Source: Escherichia coli
GTDB taxonomy: Bacteria > Pseudomonadota > Gammaproteobacteria > Enterobacterales > Enterobacteriaceae
Assembly: GCF_041248615.1 (NCBI RefSeq)
Contig: NZ_CP158426.1
DNA length: 64,000 bases
Strand: one strand, 5' to 3'
Position 1 is the first letter of the stretch; every line of letters starts with the position of its first letter. A model generated the notes under the pieces. That model made no database searches. It was not told the origin of the DNA and worked only from the letters and a program-made list of their open reading frames with translations. Below are positions 44,509 through 56,665 of this stretch, one piece after another. The translations under genes and the position numbers were made by a program.

Positions 44509-44952
44509 ATGCGGCTTAGTGATTATTTTCCAGAATCATCAATCTCAGTTATACATTCAGCAAAAGATTGGCAGGAAGCTATCGATTTCTCGATGGCATC
44601 ATTGCTGGATAAAAACTATATCAGCGAGAATTACATTCAGGCAATTAAAGATTCCACCATTAACAATGGCCCTTATTATATTCTCGCGCCAGGTGTGGCA
44701 ATGCCTCATGCGCGACCGGAATGTGGGGCGCTTAAAACCGGGATGTCTTTGACGTTACTTAAACAAGGCGTTTATTTTCCGGGGAATGACGAACCGATTA
44801 AATTACTCATCGGGCTTTCTGCTGCCGATGCCGATTCGCACATTGGCGCTATTCAGGCGTTAAGTGAATTACTGTGCGAAGAAGAAATACTCGAACAACT
44901 CTTAACAGCATCATCAGAAAAACAATTAGCGGACATTATCAGCTGCGGATAA
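44509..44952 (+). CDS. cmtB: PTS mannitol-type IIA component (cryptic)
   Basis: 147-aa ORF at the K-12 cmtB position. Confidence 0.85.
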   Translation: MRLSDYFPESSISVIHSAKDWQEAIDFSMASLLDKNYISENYIQAIKDSTINNGPYYILAPGVAMPHARPECGALKTGMSLTLLKQGVYFPGNDEPIKLLIGLSAADADSHIGAIQALSELLCEEEILEQLLTASSEKQLADIISCG

Positions 44953-44979
44953 TGACTCTCTCCTCTACAGGATAATATT

Positions 44980-46368
44980 ATGGAAAACAAGTCTGCTCGT
45001 GCAAAGGTCCAGGCTTTTGGGGGCTTTTTGACGGCAATGGTCATCCCCAATATCGGTGCTTTTATTGCCTGGGGTTTTATTACTGCATTATTTATTCCTA
45101 CTGGTTGGCTGCCGAATGAACATTTCGCCAAAATTGTCGGCCCGATGATTACCTATTTATTGCCCGTGATGATTGGTTCTACCGGTGGTCATCTGGTCGG
45201 CGGTAAACGCGGCGCGGTCATGGGCGGAATTGGTACGATTGGTGTGATCGTCGGCGCAGAGATCCCGATGTTCCTTGGCTCAATGATTATGGGGCCGCTC
45301 GGTGGGCTGGTCATAAAATATGTCGATAAGGCACTGGAAAAACGCATACCTGCTGGTTTTGAGATGGTTATCAATAACTTCTCATTAGGTATCGCGGGGA
45401 TGCTCCTTTGTCTGCTGGGTTTTGAAGTGATCGGCCCGGCGGTGTTAATTGCCAATACTTTCGTCAAAGAGTGTATTGAGGCGCTGGTACATGCGGGTTA
45501 TCTGCCTCTGCTGTCAGTCATCAATGAACCGGCGAAAGTGCTTTTCCTTAATAATGCGATCGATCAGGGCGTCTATTATCCGCTGGGAATGCAACAGGCT
45601 TCGGTTAACGGTAAATCCATCTTCTTTATGGTGGCCTCTAACCCAGGTCCGGGCCTGGGGCTGCTGCTGGCGTTTACCTTGTTTGGTAAAGGGATGAGTA
45701 AACGTTCTGCGCCCGGGGCGATGATTATTCACTTCCTCGGTGGGATCCACGAACTGTATTTCCCATATGTGCTGATGAAGCCGCTGACTATTATTGCCAT
45801 GATTGCGGGCGGTATGTCTGGCACCTGGATGTTTAACTTACTGGACGGTGGTCTGGTGGCTGGCCCAAGTCCGGGGTCTATCTTTGCTTACCTGGCGCTG
45901 ACGCCGAAAGGTTCGTTCCTGGCGACAATTGCCGGTGTTACGGTAGGTACCCTGGTGTCCTTTGCTATCACTTCGCTGATACTGAAGATGGAAAAAACGG
46001 TGGAAACGGAGAGCGAAGATGAGTTTGCTCAGTCAGCCAATGCGGTTAAGGCGATGAAACAAGAGGGTGCATTCTCGTTAAGCCGGGTTAAGCGTATCGC
46101 CTTTGTTTGCGATGCGGGGATGGGCTCCAGCGCGATGGGCGCAACCACCTTCCGTAAACGTCTGGAAAAAGCGGGGCTGGCAATTGAAGTAAAACATTAC
46201 GCGATAGAAAACGTGCCTGCGGATGCGGATATCGTCGTTACTCATGCCAGTCTGGAAGGGCGCGTGAAACGTGTGACGGATAAATCACTGATATTGATTA
46301 ATAACTATATTGGCGATCCAAAACTCGACACTTTATTTAATCAATTAACCGCAGAACATAAACACTGA
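44980..46368 (+). CDS. cmtA: PTS mannitol-type IICB component (cryptic)
   Basis: 462-aa membrane ORF. Confidence 0.85.
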   Translation: MENKSARAKVQAFGGFLTAMVIPNIGAFIAWGFITALFIPTGWLPNEHFAKIVGPMITYLLPVMIGSTGGHLVGGKRGAVMGGIGTIGVIVGAEIPMFLGSMIMGPLGGLVIKYVDKALEKRIPAGFEMVINNFSLGIAGMLLCLLGFEVIGPAVLIANTFVKECIEALVHAGYLPLLSVINEPAKVLFLNNAIDQGVYYPLGMQQASVNGKSIFFMVASNPGPGLGLLLAFTLFGKGMSKRSAPGAMIIHFLGGIHELYFPYVLMKPLTIIAMIAGGMSGTWMFNLLDGGLVAGPSPGSIFAYLALTPKGSFLATIAGVTVGTLVSFAITSLILKMEKTVETESEDEFAQSANAVKAMKQEGAFSLSRVKRIAFVCDAGMGSSAMGATTFRKRLEKAGLAIEVKHYAIENVPADADIVVTHASLEGRVKRVTDKSLILINNYIGDPKLDTLFNQLTAEHKH

Positions 46369-46382
46369 TTACAGAGGTAAAA

Positions 46383-47660
46383 ATGAAAACCAAAGTTGCT
46401 GCTATTTATGGCAAGCGGGATGTCCGTCTGCGCGAATTTGAATTGCCCGAAATTACCGATAATGAACTGTTAGTGAGTGTAATTTCTGACAGCGTCTGTT
46501 TATCGACCTGGAAAGCGGCGTTACTCGGTAGTGAACATAAACGCGTACCCGACGATTTAGAAAATCATCCGGTCATTACCGGGCATGAATGTGCCGGGGT
46601 TATTGTTGAAGTGGGTAAAAATCTCACCGACAAATATAAAAAAGGCCAGCGTTTTGTATTGCAACCGGCGATGGGGTTACCAAGCGGATATTCAGCGGGC
46701 TACAGCTACGAATATTTTGGCGGTAACGCCACCTATATGATTATTCCTGAAATAGCCATTAACCTGGGCTGCGTATTACCGTATCACGGCTCTTATTTTG
46801 CTGCGGCGTCGCTGGCAGAGCCTATGTGCTGCATTATTGGCGCTTATCATGCCAATTATCACACCACGCAATATGTTTATGAGCATCGCATGGGCGTTAA
46901 ACCTGGCGGCAATATTGCGCTGCTGGCATGTGCTGGCCCGATGGGCATTGGCGCTATCGATTATGCCATTAACGGCGGCATACAACCGTCGCGGGTGGTG
47001 GTGGTCGATATCGACGACAAACGCCTGGCCCAGGTACAGAAGCTGCTGCCGGTGGAGCTGGCGGCCAGTAAAGGCATTGAGCTGGTGTATGTGAATACCA
47101 AAGGGATGAGCGATCCGGTACAGAAGCTGCGGGCGCTGACAGGAGATGTCGGGTTCGATGACATTTTTGTTTATGCGGCGGTGCCTGCTGTCGTTGAGAT
47201 GGCTGACGAATTACTGGCGGAAGATGGCTGCCTGAACTTCTTTGCCGGGCCGACGGATAAAAACTTCAAAGTGCCGTTTAATTTCTACAACGTCCATTAC
47301 AACAGCACGCACGTCGTCGGTACATCCGGCGGTTCAACGGACGACATGAAAGAGGCGATTACCCTTAGCGCCACGGGACAGTTACAGCCGTCGTTTATGG
47401 TGACCCATATTGGTGGCCTGGATGCGGTGCCAGAAACCGTGCTCAATCTGCCGGATATCCCAGGCGGTAAAAAACTCATTTATAACGGCGTGACCATGCC
47501 GCTCACTGCCATTGCCGATTTTGCCGAAAAAGGCAAAACCGATCCGCTGTTTAAAGAGCTGGCGCGGCTGGTTGAGGAAACGCACGGCATCTGGAATGAG
47601 CAGGCCGAGAAATATCTGCTGGCGCAATTTGGCGTTGATATCGGGGAGGCCGCACAATGA
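46383..47660 (+). CDS. yggP: zinc-dependent dehydrogenase-like protein
   Basis: 425-aa ORF at the K-12 yggP position. Confidence 0.8.
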   Translation: MKTKVAAIYGKRDVRLREFELPEITDNELLVSVISDSVCLSTWKAALLGSEHKRVPDDLENHPVITGHECAGVIVEVGKNLTDKYKKGQRFVLQPAMGLPSGYSAGYSYEYFGGNATYMIIPEIAINLGCVLPYHGSYFAAASLAEPMCCIIGAYHANYHTTQYVYEHRMGVKPGGNIALLACAGPMGIGAIDYAINGGIQPSRVVVVDIDDKRLAQVQKLLPVELAASKGIELVYVNTKGMSDPVQKLRALTGDVGFDDIFVYAAVPAVVEMADELLAEDGCLNFFAGPTDKNFKVPFNFYNVHYNSTHVVGTSGGSTDDMKEAITLSATGQLQPSFMVTHIGGLDAVPETVLNLPDIPGGKKLIYNGVTMPLTAIADFAEKGKTDPLFKELARLVEETHGIWNEQAEKYLLAQFGVDIGEAAQ

Positions 47661-48622
47661 TGTCCCTGGCGTGGCCATTATTTCGCGTTACGGAACAGGC
47701 AGCGTTGGCTGCCTGGCCGCAAACCGGATGTGGCGACAAAAATAAAATTGATGGCCTGGCGGTCACCGCGATGCGCCAGGCATTAAACGATGTCGCTTTT
47801 CGTGGGCGAGTGGTTATCGGCGAGGGAGAGATTGACCATGCGCCGATGCTGTGGATTGGCGAAGAGGTGGGCAAAGGCGATGGGCCAGAAGTCGATATCG
47901 CGGTTGACCCGATTGAAGGCACGCGGATGGTGGCGATGGGGCAGAGCAATGCGCTGGCGGTGATGGCCTTCGCCCCACGAGGCAGCCTGCTACACGCGCC
48001 CGATATGTATATGAAAAAGCTGGTTGTTAATCGACTGGCGGCGGGCGCGATTGATCTGTCTTTGCCTCTGGCGGACAACTTGCGTAACGTGGCGCGGGCG
48101 TTAGGTAAACCGCTGGACAAGCTGCGCATGGTTACGCTTGATAAACCGCGCCTGAGTGCCGCAATTGAGGAAGCAACACAGCTGGGCGTGAAGGTTTTTG
48201 CCCTGCCGGATGGCGATGTCGCCGCCAGCGTGCTGACCTGCTGGCAGGATAATCCTTACGACGTGATGTACACCATTGGCGGTGCGCCGGAGGGCGTGAT
48301 TTCTGCCTGTGCCGTTAAAGCATTAGGCGGGGATATGCAGGCCGAGCTGATTGACTTTTGTCAGGCTAAAGGGGATTACACGGAAAATCGGCAGATTGCA
48401 GAGCAGGAGCGCAAGCGTTGCAAGGCAATGGGCGTTGACGTTAACCGTGTGTATTCGGTCGATGAACTGGTGAGGGGGAACGATATCCTCTTTAGCGCTA
48501 CGGGCGTGACGGGCGGCGAGCTGGTGAACGGTATCCAACAGACGGCGAATGGGGTGCGGACGCAGACATTACTGATCGGCGGCGCGGACCAAACGTGTAA
48601 TATAATAGACTCCCTGCATTGA
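47657..48622 (+). CDS. yggF: fructose-1,6-bisphosphatase class II (GlpX-like)
   Basis: 321-aa ORF; start overlaps yggP stop. Confidence 0.85.
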   Translation: MMSLAWPLFRVTEQAALAAWPQTGCGDKNKIDGLAVTAMRQALNDVAFRGRVVIGEGEIDHAPMLWIGEEVGKGDGPEVDIAVDPIEGTRMVAMGQSNALAVMAFAPRGSLLHAPDMYMKKLVVNRLAAGAIDLSLPLADNLRNVARALGKPLDKLRMVTLDKPRLSAAIEEATQLGVKVFALPDGDVAASVLTCWQDNPYDVMYTIGGAPEGVISACAVKALGGDMQAELIDFCQAKGDYTENRQIAEQERKRCKAMGVDVNRVYSVDELVRGNDILFSATGVTGGELVNGIQQTANGVRTQTLLIGGADQTCNIIDSLH

Positions 48623-48643
48623 TGGTGATCTATCGGAAGACCA

Positions 48644-49153
48644 ATGGCGACGCTGACAGAAGATGATGTGCTTGAGCAACTGGAGGCACAGGACAATTTA
48701 TTTTCATTTATGAAAACTGCGCATACCATTTTGCTCCAGGGGATACGCCAGTTTCTGCCGTCGCTGTTTGTCGATAACGATGAAGAGATCGTCGAATATG
48801 CAGTGAAGCCGTTACTCGCCCAAAGCGGCCCGCTTGACGATATTGATGTTGCACTGCGTTTGATTTATGCGTTGGGGAAAATGGATAAATGGTTGTACGC
48901 CGATATCACGCATTTTTCCCAGTTCTGGCATTACCTGAACGAACAGGATGAAACGCCCGGATTTGCCGATGACATGACCTGGGATTTTATCAGCAACGTC
49001 AATAGCATAACCTGCAATGCGACGCTCTATGACGCATTGAAAGCGATGAAGTTCGCCGATTTCGCCGTCTGGTCAGAGGCGCGTTTTAGCGGAATGGTCA
49101 AAACGGCGCTGACGCTGGCAGTAACGACCACCTTAAAGGAATTAACGCCGTGA
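48644..49153 (+). CDS. yggD: MtlR-like putative transcriptional regulator
   Basis: 169-aa ORF at the K-12 yggD position. Confidence 0.8.
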   Translation: MATLTEDDVLEQLEAQDNLFSFMKTAHTILLQGIRQFLPSLFVDNDEEIVEYAVKPLLAQSGPLDDIDVALRLIYALGKMDKWLYADITHFSQFWHYLNEQDETPGFADDMTWDFISNVNSITCNATLYDALKAMKFADFAVWSEARFSGMVKTALTLAVTTTLKELTP

Positions 49154-49863
49154 AAATTGAATTAACGGTGAATGGGCTGAAGATACAGGCACAGTACCAG
49201 AACGAAGAGATTGAAAATGTACATAAACCGTTGCTGCACATGCTGGCGGCCTTACAGACGGTAAATCCGCAGCGGCGTACGGTGGTTTTTCTTTGCGCTC
49301 CGCCGGGGACGGGTAAATCAACCCTAACCACCTTCTGGGAATATCTCGCGCAACAAGACCCGGAACTGCCCGCTATTCAGACGCTCCCGATGGATGGTTT
49401 TCACCATTACAATAGCTGGCTGGATGCGCATCAATTGCGCCCCTTCAAAGGCGCACCAGAGACATTTGACGTTGCGAAACTGACGGAAAATCTGCGCCAG
49501 GTCGTGGAAGGGGATTGTACGTGGCCGCAGTACGATCGACAAAAGCATGATCCTGTTGAAGATGCGTTGCACGTTACCGCACCACTCGTCATCGTCGAAG
49601 GAAACTGGTTGTTACTGGATGATGAAAAGTGGCTGGAGTTGGCATCTTTCTGCGATTTTTCTATTTTTATTCATGCACCTGCTCAAATTCTGCGGGAGCG
49701 CTTGATTAGTCGTAAAATTGCGGGAGGATTAACGCGGCAAGTAGCCGAAGCATTTTATGCCCGCACCGATGGCCCCAATGTCGAGCGTGTGCTGATGAAT
49801 AGCCGTCAGGCCAATCTGATAGTAGAGATGACTGAAGAAGGCCGGTATCACTTCACAAGCTGA
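49150..49863 (+). CDS. yggC: P-loop nucleoside/pantothenate-kinase-like protein
   Basis: 237-aa ORF with Walker A APPGTGKST; ATGA overlap with yggD. Confidence 0.8.
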   Translation: MKIELTVNGLKIQAQYQNEEIENVHKPLLHMLAALQTVNPQRRTVVFLCAPPGTGKSTLTTFWEYLAQQDPELPAIQTLPMDGFHHYNSWLDAHQLRPFKGAPETFDVAKLTENLRQVVEGDCTWPQYDRQKHDPVEDALHVTAPLVIVEGNWLLLDDEKWLELASFCDFSIFIHAPAQILRERLISRKIAGGLTRQVAEAFYARTDGPNVERVLMNSRQANLIVEMTEEGRYHFTS

Positions 49864-50147
49864 CAATTTATTCCAGTTATTGTAGGGTTATTATTACGCC
49901 AGCCTGGAATAAAGCTTCCCACAAAAGGGGATAAAAGTGTGATGTGAGTCAGATAAATGTCTTCTTCGGCTGGACAAACATTCCTTTTATTCCACGTTTC
50001 GCTTATCCTAGCTGAAGCGTTTCAGTCGATTAAATGTTCGACAATTAACCAATCAGTCGCAGTTTGCGACAGGTAAGGTTTCCCCGGACGATTTGCTGGA
50101 TTACTCTGTCTGGCAAATTTGCTCAGGGAAAACCTTGCAGGAGATCT

Positions 50148-51167
50148 ATGACCGTACGCGTAGCGATAAATGGCTTCGGTCGCATCGGGCGTAATGTGGT
50201 TCGTGCTTTGTATGAATCCGGACGTCGGGCGGAAATTACCGTGGTGGCAATCAACGAACTGGCGGATGCTGCGGGCATGGCGCATTTGTTGAAATATGAC
50301 ACCAGCCATGGCCGTTTTGCATGGGAAGTACGACAGGAACGCGATCAACTTTTTGTTGGTGATGACGCCATCCGCGTATTGCATGAACGTTCACTGCAAT
50401 CGCTCCCCTGGCGTGAACTTGGCGTTGATGTAGTCCTCGACTGCACCGGCGTATATGGCTCCCGCGAACATGGCGAAGCGCATATTGCCGCCGGGGCTAA
50501 AAAAGTGCTCTTTTCACATCCTGGCAGTAACGATCTCGATGCGACCGTTGTTTACGGCGTCAATCAGGATCAACTTCGTGCGGAACACCGCATCGTTTCT
50601 AACGCTTCCTGTACCACGAATTGCATAATTCCCGTCATCAAATTGTTAGATGATGCGTACGGTATTGAGTCCGGCACTGTGACCACAATTCACTCCGCCA
50701 TGCACGATCAACAGGTTATTGATGCATACCATCCTGACCTGCGTCGCACCCGGGCAGCCAGCCAGTCGATCATTCCGGTCGATACTAAACTGGCCGCCGG
50801 TATCACACGATTTTTTCCGCAATTTAACGATCGCTTTGAAGCGATTGCGGTACGTGTGCCAACCATAAATGTGACGGCAATCGATTTAAGCGTGACGGTG
50901 AAGAAACCTGTAAAAGCCAATGAAGTCAACCTGTTGCTGCAAAAAGCAGCACAAGGTGCATTTCATGGTATAGTTGACTATACGGAATTGCCGTTGGTCT
51001 CTGTAGATTTTAACCACGATCCGCATAGTGCCATTGTCGATGGTACTCAAACCCGGGTCAGTGGCGCACACCTGATCAAAACGTTGGTCTGGTGCGATAA
51101 CGAATGGGGCTTTGCTAACCGAATGCTCGACACGACGTTAGCTATGGCTACTGTTGCTTTCAGGTAA
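50148..51167 (+). CDS. epd: erythrose-4-phosphate dehydrogenase
   Basis: Start at [21 protein letters not shown] (339 aa). Confidence 0.9.
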
Positions 51168-51216
51168 GACGCAAGCAGCGTCTGCAAAACTTTTAGAATC
51201 AACGAGAGGATTCACC

Positions 51217-52380
51217 ATGTCTGTAATTAAGATGACCGATCTGGATCTTGCTGGGAAACGTGTATTTATCCGTGCGGATCTGAACGTACCAGTAAAAGAC
51301 GGGAAAGTAACCAGCGATGCGCGTATCCGTGCTTCTCTGCCGACCATCGAACTGGCCCTGAAACAAGGCGCAAAAGTGATGGTAACTTCCCACCTGGGTC
51401 GTCCTACCGAAGGCGAGTACAACGAAGAATTCTCTCTGCTGCCGGTTGTTAACTACCTGAAAGACAAACTGTCTAACCCGGTTCGTCTGGTTAAAGATTA
51501 CCTCGACGGCGTTGACGTTGCTGAAGGTGAACTGGTTGTTCTGGAAAACGTTCGCTTCAACAAAGGCGAGAAGAAAGACGACGAAACCCTGTCCAAAAAA
51601 TACGCTGCACTGTGTGACGTGTTCGTAATGGACGCATTCGGTACTGCTCACCGCGCGCAGGCTTCTACTCACGGTATCGGTAAATTCGCTGACGTTGCGT
51701 GCGCAGGCCCGCTGCTGGCAGCTGAACTGGACGCGCTGGGTAAAGCACTGAAAGAACCTGCTCGCCCGATGGTGGCTATCGTTGGTGGTTCTAAAGTATC
51801 TACCAAACTGACCGTTCTGGATTCCCTGTCTAAAATCGCTGACCAGCTGATTGTTGGCGGTGGTATCGCTAACACCTTTATCGCGGCACAAGGCCACGAT
51901 GTGGGTAAATCCCTGTACGAAGCTGACCTGGTTGACGAAGCAAAACGTCTGCTGACCACCTGCAACATCCCGGTTCCGTCTGATGTTCGTGTAGCAACTG
52001 AGTTCTCTGAAACTGCACCGGCTACCCTGAAATCTGTTAACGATGTGAAAGCTGACGAGCAGATCCTGGATATCGGTGATGCTTCCGCTCAGGAACTGGC
52101 TGAAATCCTGAAGAATGCGAAAACCATTCTGTGGAACGGTCCGGTTGGCGTGTTCGAATTCCCGAACTTCCGCAAAGGTACTGAAATCGTGGCTAACGCT
52201 ATCGCAGACAGCGAAGCGTTCTCCATCGCTGGCGGCGGCGACACTCTGGCAGCAATCGACCTGTTCGGCATTGCTGACAAAATCTCCTACATCTCCACTG
52301 GCGGCGGCGCATTCCTCGAATTCGTGGAAGGTAAAGTACTGCCTGCAGTAGCGATGCTCGAAGAGCGCGCTAAGAAGTAA
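51217..52380 (+). CDS. pgk: phosphoglycerate kinase
   Basis: Start at [25 protein letters not shown] (387 aa). Confidence 0.95.
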
Positions 52381-52389
52381 AAAATCACA

Positions 52390-52413
52390 GGGCAGGGAAA
52401 CCTGCCCTTGTTT
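52390..52413 (+). terminator. putative terminator after pgk
   Basis: GGGCAGG-GAAA-CCTGCCC hairpin followed by TTGTTT. Confidence 0.45.
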
Positions 52414-52594
52414 CAGCGCGCTTTTAAAGCACGCACTTTTTCATACTCTAAATAATTCGAGTTGCAGGAAGGCGACAAGAGAGTGAATCCCCAGGAGCTT
52501 ACATAAGTAAGTGACTGGGGTGAGCGAACGCAGACGCAGCACATGCAACTTGAAGTATGACGAGTATAAGGCCCGACGATACAGGACAAGAGAC

Positions 52595-53674
52595 ATGTCT
52601 AAGATTTTTGATTTCGTAAAACCTGGCGTAATCACTGGTGATGACGTACAGAAAGTTTTCCAGGTAGCAAAAGAAAACAACTTCGCACTGCCAGCAGTAA
52701 ACTGCGTCGGTACTGACTCCATCAACGCCGTGCTGGAAACCGCTGCTAAAGTTAAAGCGCCGGTTATCGTTCAGTTCTCCAACGGTGGTGCTTCCTTTAT
52801 CGCTGGTAAAGGCGTGAAATCTGACGTTCCGCAGGGTGCTGCTATCCTGGGCGCGATCTCTGGTGCGCATCACGTTCATCAGATGGCTGAACATTATGGT
52901 GTTCCGGTTATCCTGCATACCGACCACTGCGCGAAGAAACTGCTGCCGTGGATCGACGGTCTGCTGGACGCGGGTGAGAAACACTTCGCTGCTACCGGTA
53001 AGCCGCTGTTCTCTTCTCACATGATCGACCTGTCTGAAGAATCTCTGCAAGAGAACATCGAAATCTGCTCTAAATACCTGGAGCGCATGTCCAAAATCGG
53101 CATGACTCTGGAAATCGAACTGGGTTGCACCGGTGGTGAAGAAGACGGCGTGGACAACAGCCACATGGACGCTTCTGCACTGTACACCCAGCCGGAAGAC
53201 GTTGATTACGCATACACCGAGCTGAGCAAAATCAGCCCGCGTTTCACCATCGCAGCGTCCTTCGGTAACGTACACGGTGTTTACAAGCCGGGTAACGTGG
53301 TTCTGACTCCGACCATCCTGCGTGATTCTCAGGAATATGTTTCTAAGAAACACAACCTGCCGCACAACAGCCTGAACTTCGTATTCCACGGTGGTTCCGG
53401 TTCTACTGCTCAGGAAATCAAAGACTCCGTAAGCTACGGCGTAGTAAAAATGAACATCGATACCGATACCCAATGGGCAACCTGGGAAGGCGTTCTGAAC
53501 TACTACAAAGCGAACGAAGCTTATCTGCAGGGTCAGCTGGGTAACCCGAAAGGCGAAGATCAGCCGAACAAGAAATACTACGATCCGCGCGTATGGCTGC
53601 GTGCCGGTCAGACTTCGATGATCGCTCGTCTGGAGAAAGCATTCCAGGAACTGAACGCGATCGACGTTCTGTAA
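52595..53674 (+). CDS. fbaA: fructose-bisphosphate aldolase class II
   Basis: Start at MSKIFDFVKPGVITGDDVQKVF (359 aa). Confidence 0.95.
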   Translation: MSKIFDFVKPGVITGDDVQKVFQVAKENNFALPAVNCVGTDSINAVLETAAKVKAPVIVQFSNGGASFIAGKGVKSDVPQGAAILGAISGAHHVHQMAEHYGVPVILHTDHCAKKLLPWIDGLLDAGEKHFAATGKPLFSSHMIDLSEESLQENIEICSKYLERMSKIGMTLEIELGCTGGEEDGVDNSHMDASALYTQPEDVDYAYTELSKISPRFTIAASFGNVHGVYKPGNVVLTPTILRDSQEYVSKKHNLPHNSLNFVFHGGSGSTAQEIKDSVSYGVVKMNIDTDTQWATWEGVLNYYKANEAYLQGQLGNPKGEDQPNKKYYDPRVWLRAGQTSMIARLEKAFQELNAIDVL

Positions 53675-53698
53675 GATATTCCTTTCTGCTTATCTCAA

Positions 53699-53722
53699 GG
53701 CCCGCTCTGCGGGTCTTTTTTT
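53699..53722 (+). terminator. fbaA intrinsic terminator
   Basis: CCCGC-TCT-GCGGG hairpin followed by TCTTTTTTT. Confidence 0.6.
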
Positions 53723-53738
53723 CGCCAAAAGCAAAATT

Positions 53739-53840
53739 GCCTGATGCGCTACGCTTATCAGGCCTACACGTATCCTGCAATATATTGAATTTGCAGGTTT
53801 TTGTAGGCCGGATAAGGCGTTCACGCCGCATCCGGCATGA
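53739..53840. repeat. REP/BIME repeats
   Basis: GCCTGATGCGCTACGCTTATCAGGCCTAC and GTAGGCCGGATAAGGCGTTCACGCCGCATCCGGCA units. Confidence 0.55.
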
Positions 53841-54031
53841 CAAAGCGCACATTGATATCTGTCTGAGCCCCGCTCTGCGGGGATTTTTTCGCCAAAAGCA
53901 AGGTGATTCAGATGAGAAATCTGTGATCTATTTGGCAAAATTATGCTTTATTGTTTACCCTTGTCAGACTGCCCGTCATAAGGCGGCGGAGTGTATTTCT
54001 CCATTTTGAGTCAGTTGAAAAGGAATATTGA

Positions 54032-54892
<861 letters not shown>

Positions 54893-54900
54893 TCAACGCT

Positions 54901-54935
54901 GAGGCCAGATAATACTCTCTGGCCTCTCTCTTATT
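54901..54935 (+). terminator. putative terminator after mscS
   Basis: GAGGCCAGA ... TCTGGCCTC 9-bp stem; weak T-run. Confidence 0.4.
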
Positions 54936-55030
54936 AGTTTTTCTGATTGCCAATTAATATTATCAATTTCCGCTAATAACAATCCCGCGATATAGTCTCT
55001 GCATCAGATACTTAATTCGGAATATCCAAC

Positions 55031-55666
55031 GTGTTTTCTTATTACTTTCAAGGTCTTGCACTTGGGGCGGCTATGATCCTACCGCTCGGTCCACAAAATG
55101 CTTTTGTGATGAATCAGGGCATACGTCGTCAGTACCACATTATGATTGCCTTACTTTGTGCTATCAGCGATTTGGTCCTGATTTGCGCCGGGATTTTTGG
55201 TGGCAGCGCGTTATTGATGCAGTCGCCGTGGTTGCTGGCGCTGGTCACCTGGGGCGGCGTAGCCTTCTTGCTGTGGTATGGTTTTGGCGCTTTTAAAACA
55301 GCAATGAGCAGTAATATTGAGTTAGCCAGCGCCGAAGTCATGAAGCAAGGCAGATGGAAAATTATCGCCACCATGTTGGCAGTGACCTGGCTGAATCCGC
55401 ATGTTTACCTGGATACTTTTGTTGTACTGGGCAGCCTTGGCGGGCAACTTGATGTGGAACCAAAACGCTGGTTTGCACTCGGGACAATTAGCGCCTCTTT
55501 CCTGTGGTTCTTTGGTCTGGCTATTCTCGCAGCCTGGCTGGCACCGCGCCTGCGCACGGCAAAATCACAGCGCATTATCAATCTGGTAGTGGGATGTGTC
55601 ATGTGGTTTATAGCCTTGCAGCTGGCGAGAGACGGTATTGCTCATGCACAAGCCTTGTTCAGTTAG
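55031..55666 (+). CDS. argO: arginine exporter
   Basis: 211-aa LysE-type [28 protein letters not shown]... Confidence 0.9.
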   Translation: MFSYYFQGLALGAAMILPLGPQNAFVMNQGIRRQYHIMIALLCAISDLVLICAGIFGGSALLMQSPWLLALVTWGGVAFLLWYGFGAFKTAMSSNIELASAEVMKQGRWKIIATMLAVTWLNPHVYLDTFVVLGSLGGQLDVEPKRWFALGTISASFLWFFGLAILAAWLAPRLRTAKSQRIINLVVGCVMWFIALQLARDGIAHAQALFS

Positions 55667-55758
55667 GCGCTATCTGATGGAAAAATAAAACAGAGGCGCT
55701 AAGCTTGCCTCCAGAGGTCCTGAATTTTGGGCAAGTCAATTAACACGGAGAGACTAAC

Positions 55759-56499
55759 GTGAAGTTCAAAGTTATCGCCCTGGCGGCATTAATGGGTATT
55801 AGCGGGATGGCAGCGCAGGCTAACGAATTGCCGGATGGACCGCATATTGTCACCTCCGGTACGGCAAGCGTGGATGCGGTGCCAGACATTGCCACTCTTG
55901 CGATTGAAGTTAACGTGGCCGCGAAGGATGCCGCTACTGCCAAGAAACAGGCAGATGAGCGCGTCGCACAATACATTTCCTTCCTTGAACTCAATCAGAT
56001 CGCGAAAAAAGATATCAGCTCAGCGAACTTACGCACCCAGCCAGATTATGATTATCAGGATGGTAAAAGTATCCTGAAAGGCTACCGCGCTGTGAGAACG
56101 GTGGAAGTCACGCTCCGTCAGTTAGACAAACTGAATTCCTTGCTGGATGGCGCGCTGAAGGCGGGTCTTAACGAAATTCGTTCTGTGTCGCTGGGCGTGG
56201 CGCAGCCGGATGCCTATAAAGACAAAGCGCGTAAGGCAGCGATTGATAACGCGATTCATCAGGCGCAGGAACTGGCGAACGGCTTTCATCGTAAACTGGG
56301 GCCGGTATATAGCGTGCGCTACCATGTTTCCAACTATCAGCCCAGCCCAATGGTGCGGATGATGAAAGCCGATGCCGCGCCGGTGTCCGCCCAGGAAACT
56401 TACGAGCAGGCCGCTATTCAGTTTGATGATCAGGTCGATGTGGTCTTCCAGTTAGAACCTGTGGATCAACAACCCGCTAAAACACCTGCAGCACAATAA
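55759..56499 (+). CDS. yggE: DUF541 periplasmic protein
   Basis: 246-aa ORF with signal peptide. Confidence 0.85.
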   Translation: MKFKVIALAALMGISGMAAQANELPDGPHIVTSGTASVDAVPDIATLAIEVNVAAKDAATAKKQADERVAQYISFLELNQIAKKDISSANLRTQPDYDYQDGKSILKGYRAVRTVEVTLRQLDKLNSLLDGALKAGLNEIRSVSLGVAQPDAYKDKARKAAIDNAIHQAQELANGFHRKLGPVYSVRYHVSNYQPSPMVRMMKADAAPVSAQETYEQAAIQFDDQVDVVFQLEPVDQQPAKTPAAQ

Positions 56500-56665
56500 T
56501 ACTTGTAGCCCGACGTATTCGTCGGGCTAATGCCTTTACCCGATATTGCCTCCTTTTTCTGTAATTTTCTGTAAAACCATGACGTAATCACCTATCTTTG
56601 CTCGCGGTTTCATCAAGGATAGGCTGACTGAAACGGTTAAGCGGACAAGGATGCGGGGGAGGGGG

